Shown: one piece after another, positions 29,142 to 37,872 of the stretch
How the letters are laid out: each line of letters starts with the position of its first letter
Numbering within the stretch: the first letter of the stretch is position 1
Assembly (NCBI GenBank): GCA_039184115.1
Contig: JBCDBK010000002.1
Span: 18,071-82,070 of the forward strand
Source of the DNA: Planctomycetota bacterium
GTDB lineage: Bacteria > Planctomycetota > Planctomycetia > Pirellulales > Lacipirellulaceae
Direction of reading: 5' to 3'
DNA: 64,000 bases
Notes under the pieces: model-generated
What the model was told of the DNA's origin: nothing
The model's database searches: none
The model's input: only the letters and a program-made list of their open reading frames with translations
Made by a program: the position numbers and the translations under genes

Positions 29142-29199
29142 GCTCGCGTCCCGTACACCAGCGATTCATTCCAGCCAAAGCACCGCCCAGGCAAATTAA

Positions 29200-31338
29200 G
29201 TGAAGCAGATTCTCCAACATCTTGGCACCGGCGAGACCCTGCTTGCCGACGTACCCTGCCCTCGCCGAGCGAGTGGACATATTTTGTCTGAAACAACGCG
29301 CTCGTTGGTGTCGCTGGGCACCGAAAAAATGATGATCGACTTTGGCAAAGCCGGCTGGATTGCTAAAGCACGCTCACAACCGGACAAAGTCAAGCAGGTC
29401 TTGCAGAAGATCAAGACCGACGGACTGATGACCACCGTTGATGCGGTGCGCGCGAAACTCGATGCGCCGATTCCGTTAGGCTATTGCAACGTGGGGGTTG
29501 TCGTGGAGGCTGACGCGACAAGTGCCTATTCGGCCGGCACTCGCGTCATCAGCAACGGGCCGCACGCCGAAGTGGTATCCGCCCCAGAGAATCTATCCGC
29601 CTTCATTCCCGAAAATGTCGCCGATGAGCAGGCAGCGTTTACGGTGGTAGGTGCGATCGCGCTGCAAGGCGTGCGTTTGCTGCAGCCCACTTTGGGCGAA
29701 CGCATCGTGGTCAGCGGTCTGGGATTGATCGGACTGCTGGCGGTTCAGATTCTGCGGGCCAACGGGTGCCAGGTACTTGGCATTGACTTCGACTCCCAAA
29801 AGCTGGCGCTTGCGCGGGAGTTCGGGGCCGAGACGGTCGATCTCTCAGCCGGCGCCGATCCCGTCGCCGCAGCACAGGAATGGACCCGCGGTGTCGGCGT
29901 CGACGGGGTGCTTATTACCGCGTCGGCCAAGGGCGACGAACTCATTCATCAGGTCGCCAACATGTGCCGAAAGCGCGGCCGCATCGTGCTTGTGGGCGTG
30001 GTGGGCCTCAACCTGCAGCGTGCTGATTTCTACGAGAAAGAGCTTTCGTTTCAAGTCTCCTGTTCGTATGGCCCCGGTCGGTACGAAGCGAATTTCGAGA
30101 AACGTGGGCTCGACTATCCAATCGGATTCGTCCGTTGGACAGAGCAGCGCAACTTTCAGGCAGTGCTCGAGCTACTCGCCGATGGCAAAATCAACGTCGA
30201 GCCGCTGATTACTCATCGGTTCTCCTTCGACGAAGCACTCGATGGCTATCAGGCCGTCAGTGATCCGAAAGCGTTGGGCATCTTATTGGACTACGGCAGC
30301 GCTGAAGGAGCTTCGTCCAAGAAGTTGGATCGCTCGCTTGCAGTCGATTCGGGGCCAAGACTTCAACAGGTCACCGGCGAAAAGTTGCGGGTGGCTTTCA
30401 TTGGCGCGGGCGGATTTACGACCCGAACGCTCTTGCCGTCACTGCCATCAGACGGCGTGCAACTGCAGTCCATCGTTAGCGGTCAGGGCGTGACGGCCGC
30501 ACACGCTGCGCAGAAATTCGGGTTCCGTTCGGTGGCAAGCGACTATCATCGCGTGCTTAGTGACGACCAAGTGGACGCGGTATTCATTACGACTCCGCAC
30601 AATATGCATGCAAAGATGGTCTGCGAAGCGATCGCAGCGGGCAAACATGTGTTTGTCGAAAAGCCGCTGGCTCTGTCCAATACCGAGCTTGATGCCGTCA
30701 TGACGGCGACGAAGGCAAACCCAGATCGCGCGCTACTGGTTGGCTACAACCGCCGCTTCTCTCCGCACATGATGCAAGTCCAAGAGTGGCTACGGGCAAA
30801 TACGGCACCAAAGGCAATCACGATCACGGTAAATGCTGGCGCGATTCCAGCCGACCATTGGACGCAGGATCGACTGGTTGGCGGCGGGCGAATTTTGGGC
30901 GAGGCATGTCACTTCATTGATCTGGCGCGCTTTCTTGCCGGCGAGTCGATCGAGACAACGCACGGTTTCGCCGTCGGAGGAAATACAGGTCGGCTTGGCG
31001 ACTGCGCGACGATCCAGCTGTCGTTTGCGGATCGATCACAGGCAACGATTCAGTATCTGTCGAATGGCCACAAGAGTTTTCCCAAAGAGCGTGTCGAGGT
31101 ATTCGCAGGCAACAGCGTGATCGTGTGCGAGAACTTTCGGAAAACCTATGAAGTGGGCGGTAGAGGTCGAAAGTTCGCGACGCGTCGGCAAGACAAAGGA
31201 CACGGCAACGAACTTCGAAGTTTCGTCAGCGCGCTGACCGGTGGGGCCACGATTCCGATTCCCATCAACGAGTTGCTCGAGGTGTCGCAATCAACGATCG
31301 AAGCCGATCATCAGATCCAGACGCACCTCGCCATCTGA
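29200..31338 (+). CDS. bi-domain oxidoreductase (MDR zinc-ADH-like N-half + Gfo/Idh/MocA C-half)
   Basis: GTG start. The N-half has the MDR Rossmann motif VVSGLGLIGLLAVQILRANGCQVLGID. The C-half has VAFIGAGGFTTRTLLP and FVEKPLA, typical of Gfo/Idh/MocA. Confidence 0.85.
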   Translation: MKQILQHLGTGETLLADVPCPRRASGHILSETTRSLVSLGTEKMMIDFGKAGWIAKARSQPDKVKQVLQKIKTDGLMTTVDAVRAKLDAPIPLGYCNVGVVVEADATSAYSAGTRVISNGPHAEVVSAPENLSAFIPENVADEQAAFTVVGAIALQGVRLLQPTLGERIVVSGLGLIGLLAVQILRANGCQVLGIDFDSQKLALAREFGAETVDLSAGADPVAAAQEWTRGVGVDGVLITASAKGDELIHQVANMCRKRGRIVLVGVVGLNLQRADFYEKELSFQVSCSYGPGRYEANFEKRGLDYPIGFVRWTEQRNFQAVLELLADGKINVEPLITHRFSFDEALDGYQAVSDPKALGILLDYGSAEGASSKKLDRSLAVDSGPRLQQVTGEKLRVAFIGAGGFTTRTLLPSLPSDGVQLQSIVSGQGVTAAHAAQKFGFRSVASDYHRVLSDDQVDAVFITTPHNMHAKMVCEAIAAGKHVFVEKPLALSNTELDAVMTATKANPDRALLVGYNRRFSPHMMQVQEWLRANTAPKAITITVNAGAIPADHWTQDRLVGGGRILGEACHFIDLARFLAGESIETTHGFAVGGNTGRLGDCATIQLSFADRSQATIQYLSNGHKSFPKERVEVFAGNSVIVCENFRKTYEVGGRGRKFATRRQDKGHGNELRSFVSALTGGATIPIPINELLEVSQSTIEADHQIQTHLAI

Positions 31339-31402
31339 ATTGGTTCCGTCGCTACGCCGAGCTTTCGCGACGTCTACGGCAAACCACTTGGAACTAGCGC
31401 TG

Positions 31403-31421
31403 CTTCCAAGGTGCTTGGAAG
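31403..31421 (+). terminator. tight hairpin downstream of the bi-domain oxidoreductase gene (possible terminator or RNA structure, no U-tract)
   Basis: CTTCCAAG-gtg-CTTGGAAG is an 8 bp perfect stem with a 3 nt loop, 65 nt after the stop at 31338. It is not followed by a T-run. Confidence 0.25.
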
Positions 31422-31501
31422 GCCAACGCTGAAGCTCGTTCGGACCTGAAGACAACTCTGTCCGCAGAGCGACGGAGCCACCCGGAGCAGCGTCCGATTA
31501 A

Positions 31502-31530
31502 TTGACTCTACGGTCGACCGTAGTTATACT
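31502..31530 (+). promoter_or_regulatory. near-consensus sigma70-type promoter with a 16 bp perfect palindrome filling the spacer
   Basis: TTGACT (31502-31507), a 17 nt spacer, then TATACT (31525-31530). Spacer positions 31508-31523 are CTACGGTCGACCGTAG, a perfect palindrome. It sits 200 nt upstream of the WbuB-like gene, in the only sizeable non-coding gap of the + strand train. Confidence 0.45.
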
Positions 31531-31730
31531 CCAGCCAATCTCCGAGAGGTGTCCCGATAACAGGCAGCGGGGTCGCTTCAATGCGGTCGGAGAGCTCGCC
31601 AACCGTTGGGGCGGCGAGAAACGAATGTAACGGCGATCGACCGTCGCCGTTCGCAGTACCGCAAGCGGTGCAACAACAACGTTGGGTATCTTGGTAGCAA
31701 GTCGCATCGCCATTGAGTTCAGGGCACCTG

Positions 31731-33065
31731 ATGAAGATTTTATTTTTCTCTCATTACTTCCCACCGGAAGTAAATGCGCCTGCCAGCCGTACGTACGAAC
31801 ATTGCCGGCGATGGGCCACAGCTGGTCATGACGTTACCGTCGTAACGTGCGTGCCAAACTGTCCCGACGGCGTCGCATTCGACGGCTACCGCAATCGCTT
31901 GCGACCGCAAGTCGAGATCGTCGATGGCATTCGCGTCGTTCGCGTATGGACTTTCCTAGCCCCCAACGCACGATCTAACCGCCGAATCGCCAACTATTTC
32001 AGCTATTGCCTAAGCGCCATTTGGTCGGCCTTGTGGCTGCAAAGACCAGACATCGTTGTTGCCACCTCCCCGCAATTCTTCTGCGGATGGGCTGGCGTGT
32101 GGGTATCGCGACTGAAACACGTTCCTTTTGTTCTCGAGATTCGCGACATCTGGCCAGAATCGATCGCTGCTGTCGGAGCGATGCGCAACGGCAAGCGCGT
32201 CCGCTTCTTGAAGTGGTTAGAACAGCGTATGTATCGCGCCGCCGACCATATCGTGGCAGTCGGCACGGGTTATCGAGACCAAATTTCACCCAAAGTGCCT
32301 GAGATGCGCGAGCAAATCAGCGTCATTCCCAACGGCGTTGATGGAGAACAATATCCCCCGCAACCGCCGAACGATGCATTTCTACAGCGCTACGGTCTGT
32401 TGGACAAATTCGTCTGCAGCTACGTCGGTACTACGGGGATGGCGCACGGTCTGGACGTCGTCGTGCGTGCCGCCAAGCGATTACGTCAGCACGGGCGCGA
32501 GGACATCGCGTTCATGATCGTCGGCGATGGCGCGACTCGACCAGCTTTGGAAGCTCAGATCGCTGCGGAAGGGCTCGAAGACTACGTGGTACTTACAGGT
32601 CGGCTGCCCAAGCACCAAATGGCGACGGTCCTGGCAAGTAGCGACTGCTGTCTGATTCATTTGCGCGGGACTGAACTGTTCGCGACGGTCATTCCGTCCA
32701 AGATTTTTGAAACGATGGCGATGCAGCGGCCCATGATCATGGGTGTGCGAGGACCGGCTCGCGAAATCGTCATGGAAGCCGGCGCCGGCACGCCGATGAC
32801 GCCCGAGTCAGACGAAGAGCTGTTTGAGATTGTTACTGGGCTAGCTGACGATCGAGACGCAGTTGCCGAAATGGGACTCGATGCCCGGCGCTTCGTCCTC
32901 GAACACTACAACCGCGACGACCTGGCAGCCGAGTACCTCAAGTTGCTGCAGCGCGTGACTGGGTGCGTACAAGCACAGCGGACTGCCACTGACGACGCAG
33001 ATTTGACGGACTCTGCAGCCCCCGTCATTTGGCGCGAAGAAAAACCCGCCAAGCAACCCGTGTAG
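31731..33065 (+). CDS. WbuB-like glycosyltransferase family 4
   Basis: Track ORF 31713..33065, trimmed to ATG 31731. The N-terminus MKILFFSHYFPPEVNAPASRTYEHCRRWATAGHDVTVVT is characteristic of WbuB-type GT4 enzymes. Confidence 0.85.
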   Translation: MKILFFSHYFPPEVNAPASRTYEHCRRWATAGHDVTVVTCVPNCPDGVAFDGYRNRLRPQVEIVDGIRVVRVWTFLAPNARSNRRIANYFSYCLSAIWSALWLQRPDIVVATSPQFFCGWAGVWVSRLKHVPFVLEIRDIWPESIAAVGAMRNGKRVRFLKWLEQRMYRAADHIVAVGTGYRDQISPKVPEMREQISVIPNGVDGEQYPPQPPNDAFLQRYGLLDKFVCSYVGTTGMAHGLDVVVRAAKRLRQHGREDIAFMIVGDGATRPALEAQIAAEGLEDYVVLTGRLPKHQMATVLASSDCCLIHLRGTELFATVIPSKIFETMAMQRPMIMGVRGPAREIVMEAGAGTPMTPESDEELFEIVTGLADDRDAVAEMGLDARRFVLEHYNRDDLAAEYLKLLQRVTGCVQAQRTATDDADLTDSAAPVIWREEKPAKQPV

Positions 33066-33117
33066 TCCGACACGGGCTGCAGTTTTCATCGCGTCCTCGT
33101 CTTACCGATAACTCAAC

Positions 33118-34239
33118 TTGGCAAAACAACAGCTCGCATGTGTCGTCGGCGCTCGGCCCAACTTTATGAAGATGGCGCCGATACTCCGAGCCATCAGCGC
33201 CTACCCTGAGTTGCAGCCCACGCTCATACACTCGGGCCAGCACTATGATGCCAATCTCTCAGATATCTTCTTCCAGCAGCTCGACATGCCCGAGCCAGAT
33301 ATCCACTTGGAGGTTGGCTCAGGATCTCATGGTGCCCAGACGGCAAACGTGCTGTCGCGGATGGAAGAAGTCCTCGTCAAAGGCCCGACGGGTGGCGGCT
33401 CGTACGATCGACTGATTGTCGTCGGCGACGTGAACAGCACGATGGCCGCAACGCTGGCGGCCGCCAAGCTAAATCTACCCGTCGCGCATGTCGAAGCGGG
33501 ACTGCGCAGCCGCGACCGAACGATGCCTGAGGAGGTAAATCGTATCGTCACCGACTCGCTCGCCGATGTGCTACTGGTGAGCGAGCCAGACGGAGTCGAC
33601 AACTTGCGACGCGAGGGCCGTCCAGAAACACAGATTCATCTGGTCGGCAACGTTATGATCGATTCGCTACTCCATCAATTGCAGACGGTGAAATCAGCGG
33701 GCCCCATCATCGACCTAGGCCTGCAACCAGGCGGATACGCTTTGGTCACCTTGCATCGTCCGTCAAACGTAGACGCGCCCGAAGTGCTAGGCAGACTGGT
33801 CGACGTGCTGGTTGACCTCTCCGAGCAACTTCCCGTGGTCTTTCCGATTCACCCGCGCACCGACGCGAGATTAGTCGCATTCGATCTCAGGCGTCGACTC
33901 GATCAAGCCCCAGGCATTCATGCTTTGCCGCCGATGGGCTATCGCGAGTTTCTGTGCTTTTCATCGCAAGCCAAAGTGATCGTTACCGATTCTGGAGGTT
34001 TACAGGAAGAATCAACAGCATTGGGCATTCCTTGCTTGACCATGCGTGCCAATACCGAACGACCGATTACGGTGGACGAAGGTACCAGCACGCTCATCGG
34101 CAACGATGTCGAACTTCTGCGCCAGCAGCTCCGCGTCGTCATCAGCGGCGAATACAAACAAGGCTCTTGCCCCGCCTTGTGGGACGGCAAAGCGAGCCAA
34201 CGAATCGCTAGTATTCTGCTCGCTGAATGTGCATCCTGA
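33118..34239 (+). CDS. wecB: UDP-N-acetylglucosamine 2-epimerase (WecB-type)
   Basis: VVGARPNFMKMAPILRA, GDVNSTMAATLAAAKLNLPVAHVEAGLRSRDRTMPEEVNR and VTDSGGLQEE. Confidence 0.9.
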   Translation: MAKQQLACVVGARPNFMKMAPILRAISAYPELQPTLIHSGQHYDANLSDIFFQQLDMPEPDIHLEVGSGSHGAQTANVLSRMEEVLVKGPTGGGSYDRLIVVGDVNSTMAATLAAAKLNLPVAHVEAGLRSRDRTMPEEVNRIVTDSLADVLLVSEPDGVDNLRREGRPETQIHLVGNVMIDSLLHQLQTVKSAGPIIDLGLQPGGYALVTLHRPSNVDAPEVLGRLVDVLVDLSEQLPVVFPIHPRTDARLVAFDLRRRLDQAPGIHALPPMGYREFLCFSSQAKVIVTDSGGLQEESTALGIPCLTMRANTERPITVDEGTSTLIGNDVELLRQQLRVVISGEYKQGSCPALWDGKASQRIASILLAECAS

Positions 34240-34240
34240 A

Positions 34241-36160
34241 ATGCGCGATAACTTAGAGCTGACCGCGGAGACCGGCACGGACATTGCCGAGATGGTGCGC
34301 GATGCGAATCGGCCGACTTCTCGGTGGCAGCAACTCAGTCGTGCCGCAAATGTGCTGCGGTACTATCGCAAGTCGCAGCTCGCTCGTCGGTTTTTGCGGC
34401 TGGTTACACCGACCGGCCGTCGTCGCTACATTCAGGACGTTGGCGAAGCACTCACGCTGAATATGCCGGCACTTGACAGGCTTCGCGGAGTCGTCGCCAC
34501 TCGGTCGGTTCGTTCTTCGCTTCCCGCTGACGGATTGTTAGGTGGTCTTTCGGCTCGCAAGTTCACGCTGCTAAATCAAGCGCGCGATCTGGGAACTCCC
34601 GTCGACTGGCGTGGCGATCGCCATCCGCACCCGTCGCGGTTGTGGAGTTTTCAGCTACACTATCACGACTACTTACTCGACCTTGCGGTTGCTCCAGAGA
34701 CCATCGAACGCGGTCCATGGCCCATTATTTGGGATATCGTCACGGACTGGATCGACGGCAATCCGGCCACTGGTTCCACCGTCGATGACGATGCGTGGCA
34801 TCCTTACTGCATCTCTCGGCGGCTGCCGGTGTGGGCCCAGCTGCTGGCTGCTGATTCGCCGTCCGAAGCAGTCGCCAAAAGCGTGACTGACAGCATGGCG
34901 GTGCAAGCCGAAGCGCTGTGCGGTCATCTAGAGTTCGATCTTGGCGGCAATCATCTGCTAGAGAATCTTCACGCACTCGTCGTCGCGGCGGCGCTGCTTA
35001 AAGGCGACTCAGCTACGCGTTGGCTGCACTTGGTACGCCGGCATCTGCCACGGCAGCTTTCGCAGCAGGTGCTGGCCTACGGCGAGCACTACGAACGCAC
35101 GCCAATGTACCACTGCCAGGTATTGGGGAATCTGCTTACCGATGCGATACTGCTCAACGACATTGATAGTAGTCTCGCTTCGTCATGTCGCAAGTATGCT
35201 GGGCAGATGTCTTCGTTCCTTGCACGTCTGTTGCATCCAGACGGCGAGATCCCGCTGTTCGGCGACAGTTGCTTTGGGGAGTCGTATGCCGCCGCAGAAC
35301 TCATGCAGCTGATGGACTTAGCTGAAGTTGATCGGACGCCGGTGAGCAATCTGGGCTCGACCGTTGTCGGTCAGTACTGGGTCTGGCGCCACAACGACGA
35401 TGCCGTGATCTTCGATGCCGGACCCGTGGGAGCAGATAGTCTGCCAGCGCATGCTCACTGCGACTTGCTTAATTTTGAAGCGTCGATCGACGGTCAGCGT
35501 TGGATCGTCGATAGCGGACTGTTCGACTACGACGACAACACCATGCGTGCCTATTGTCGTTCGTCAGCCGCCCACAACGTGACGACCGTCGGACTCAGAA
35601 ACAGCTGCGATGTCTGGTCTCGATTTCGGATGGGCCGACGCGGTCGTCCAGTGAAATTCGACAGCGGACACGACGATGATTTCTCTTGGTGCTATGCCAG
35701 CCATGACGGCTACCGCCACCTCGGAATCTCGGAACTGGCACGGCTGTTTATTGCTCATCCGAGCGGCGTTTGGACATGTCTCGACTCGGCGTCAGGTGCC
35801 TCGCCAGCTCCGCTATTCGGCCGTCTGCACCTCGGGCCGGATGTGCAGGTTCTGGAGGTCTCCGTGGATCGGATTCTGCTGGTCTTGGGGAATACGCAGC
35901 GGTGGCTATTGCCGACCTCTGCAGTTATGCTGAAGGTATCCGACGGATGGTACTGTGACCGATTCGGAGTCCGCAGGCGGATCCCGGTCGTCGGCTATCG
36001 CCCGGTCCGTGACGCCGCGCCAGGTCGGTGGTTTGGTTGGTCGCTATCACCCACGTCCGATACCCAGGTAAGTGTCGCGTCTGCGACTGATGGGCGGTGC
36101 GAAGTGCGCATCGCTGGCAGCGCCTTACCGACCGTGTTCTCTCAGCAGTTCCCCAAGTAA
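34241..36160 (+). CDS. heparinase II/III-like protein without signal peptide
   Basis: Track ORF 34046..36160, trimmed to ATG 34241, one nt after the wecB stop. The alpha/alpha-toroid part contains DDDAWHPYCISRRLPVWAQLL and GGNHLLENLHALVVAAALL. The C-terminal beta part contains LPAHAHCDLLNFEASIDGQRWIVDSG...SSAAHNV. The N-terminus is hydrophilic with no signal peptide. Confidence 0.8.
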   Translation: MRDNLELTAETGTDIAEMVRDANRPTSRWQQLSRAANVLRYYRKSQLARRFLRLVTPTGRRRYIQDVGEALTLNMPALDRLRGVVATRSVRSSLPADGLLGGLSARKFTLLNQARDLGTPVDWRGDRHPHPSRLWSFQLHYHDYLLDLAVAPETIERGPWPIIWDIVTDWIDGNPATGSTVDDDAWHPYCISRRLPVWAQLLAADSPSEAVAKSVTDSMAVQAEALCGHLEFDLGGNHLLENLHALVVAAALLKGDSATRWLHLVRRHLPRQLSQQVLAYGEHYERTPMYHCQVLGNLLTDAILLNDIDSSLASSCRKYAGQMSSFLARLLHPDGEIPLFGDSCFGESYAAAELMQLMDLAEVDRTPVSNLGSTVVGQYWVWRHNDDAVIFDAGPVGADSLPAHAHCDLLNFEASIDGQRWIVDSGLFDYDDNTMRAYCRSSAAHNVTTVGLRNSCDVWSRFRMGRRGRPVKFDSGHDDDFSWCYASHDGYRHLGISELARLFIAHPSGVWTCLDSASGASPAPLFGRLHLGPDVQVLEVSVDRILLVLGNTQRWLLPTSAVMLKVSDGWYCDRFGVRRRIPVVGYRPVRDAAPGRWFGWSLSPTSDTQVSVASATDGRCEVRIAGSALPTVFSQQFPK

Positions 36161-36171
36161 CTTCTAGTTTG

Positions 36172-37863
36172 ATGTCTGGCACCGCTACGGCACACACGTT
36201 AGAGACCGACGGGCGACAGCAGTGGCTAAATCCCGCTTGGCTACTCGCTGGCGCAGTGCTGCTCGGACATGCACCGCTTGCGATCCTACATCTGCGATCT
36301 CTCTGGCTCCGTGAGCAGTATCAGTACTTTCCATTCGTGATCGGCGCTATCATTTGGCTCTTGTGGAGCCGGTGGCAGGAATCTGACCCGCCGGCGACGC
36401 CAGCTCGTCGCTGGATGGGCTTGCCGGAGCTATTCGCGATCGCGGCCGTAGTGTTGTTAGTCGGCGCGATCGTCACGGTTTCGCCATGGGTCGCATTCGT
36501 CTCGCTCAACGTTGGTCTAGCAGCGGTATTCGCACTGATTGGACGGCAAAGGGCGATTCCCTACTTGTGGGGTATTTGGCTGCTACTGTGGCTGCTCGTA
36601 CCACTGCCATTGAATGTAGACGAACGCCTTGTTCGCTCGCTGCAACGACTTAGCTCGCAGCTCAGCAGTGCAATTCTCGATCTGTTTGGAATCTTGCACC
36701 TAATGTCTGGGAATGTGCTGCGACTGCCAGACAAACAGTTCTTTGTCGACGAGGCGTGCAGCGGTATCATCTCGGTGATGTCGATGATCGCTTGTGCGAT
36801 GATCTACGCGGTTTGGAAAAACCGCAGCTTCCTGCATCTACTCGCTTTGGTCGTAGCAGGAATCACTTGGGCCCTGGTACTCAATGTGCTTCGCATTTGC
36901 ATTATCGCCGGTGCCTATAGGTTCCTCGACATCGACCTCTCCACCGGCACCGTGCATGAAGTGCTTGGCCTGGTGCTATTTCTACTTATGTTTGTGTCTC
37001 TGGTCAGTACCGACTACTTGCTAGAAATGTTCTTCGCGCCCATCAACTTGGAACACCTCAGCGAGAACGGACAAGATAATCGGCTCGTCCAACTTTGGAA
37101 TCGTTTCAGCCAGCCAACAACGTCGGAAGGCGATACGACCGGCGACGTTGCCAAGGCCGTAGTCGGATTGCCGCGTCTGTCGACCGCAATCACCTGGGCG
37201 CTGCCGTTTTTGCTGCTCGGCATCGTGCAATTGATCTGGCTACCCTCGTCCGAGACGCCGGAGGTCGACATCGCACTGAAGCAGGCACTCGCACTCGATG
37301 AGCAATCGCTGCCCAAAAAGATTGGGCCTTGGGTTTTGGATTCGCACGAGAAGATCGAACGAGAATCGCTCAGCGAGTTCGGTAGGTACTCGCAGTCCTA
37401 CCGGTATCGACATAGCAAAGACGCAGGCGTCACGGCGTCGGTTTCCCTCGACTTCCCTTACCAAGGCGGATGGCACGACCTGTGCCTGTGCTACCGAAAC
37501 AGTGGCTGGACGGTAGAGGATCGGGTGGTCGAGTCGAACACCAAGGCCGATTTGTCAGACTGGAAGTTCGTCGCTGGCGACCTGGAAGACTCGGCAATGG
37601 GCCGCGCGTTCGTGACATTTGCCGGCTTCGACGCGACCGGAGACACCGCCGAACCAGCCAGCGATGCGGTACTGTTCCGACCTTGGTTTCGACTGCGACG
37701 TCGATTGCTGCTAAACATCGCGCCACAGTTGTTTCAGGTACAGGTATTCGCTCAGGTAGCGTCCGCCAAAGACCAGGCACTCAAAGATGAACTTGAGCTA
37801 CTGCTGTTGGAATCCCGTCGGCAATTTCGCGACTTGGTCGCCGTAAGGGAAATGGCAGAATAG
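36172..37863 (+). CDS. exosortase fused to a C-terminal EpsI-family domain
   Basis: Track ORF 36097..37863, trimmed to ATG 36172. The polytopic N-half carries the exosortase catalytic-Cys motif FFVDEACSGIISVMSM, the conserved Arg in LNVLRICII and a His in GTVHEVLG. The C-terminal ~210 aa (LPKKIGPWVLD...GGWHDLCLCYRNSGW) matches the EpsI pattern. Confidence 0.85.
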   Translation: MSGTATAHTLETDGRQQWLNPAWLLAGAVLLGHAPLAILHLRSLWLREQYQYFPFVIGAIIWLLWSRWQESDPPATPARRWMGLPELFAIAAVVLLVGAIVTVSPWVAFVSLNVGLAAVFALIGRQRAIPYLWGIWLLLWLLVPLPLNVDERLVRSLQRLSSQLSSAILDLFGILHLMSGNVLRLPDKQFFVDEACSGIISVMSMIACAMIYAVWKNRSFLHLLALVVAGITWALVLNVLRICIIAGAYRFLDIDLSTGTVHEVLGLVLFLLMFVSLVSTDYLLEMFFAPINLEHLSENGQDNRLVQLWNRFSQPTTSEGDTTGDVAKAVVGLPRLSTAITWALPFLLLGIVQLIWLPSSETPEVDIALKQALALDEQSLPKKIGPWVLDSHEKIERESLSEFGRYSQSYRYRHSKDAGVTASVSLDFPYQGGWHDLCLCYRNSGWTVEDRVVESNTKADLSDWKFVAGDLEDSAMGRAFVTFAGFDATGDTAEPASDAVLFRPWFRLRRRLLLNIAPQLFQVQVFAQVASAKDQALKDELELLLLESRRQFRDLVAVREMAE

Positions 37864-37872
37864 GCAGCCTCG

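Noticed and set aside
31498-31764. 88 aa - strand ORF in the 31339-31730 gap
   Set aside because: It overlaps the promoter/palindrome and hairpin elements and the start of the WbuB-like gene. The composition is unremarkable and there is no motif. The gap is better explained as regulatory.
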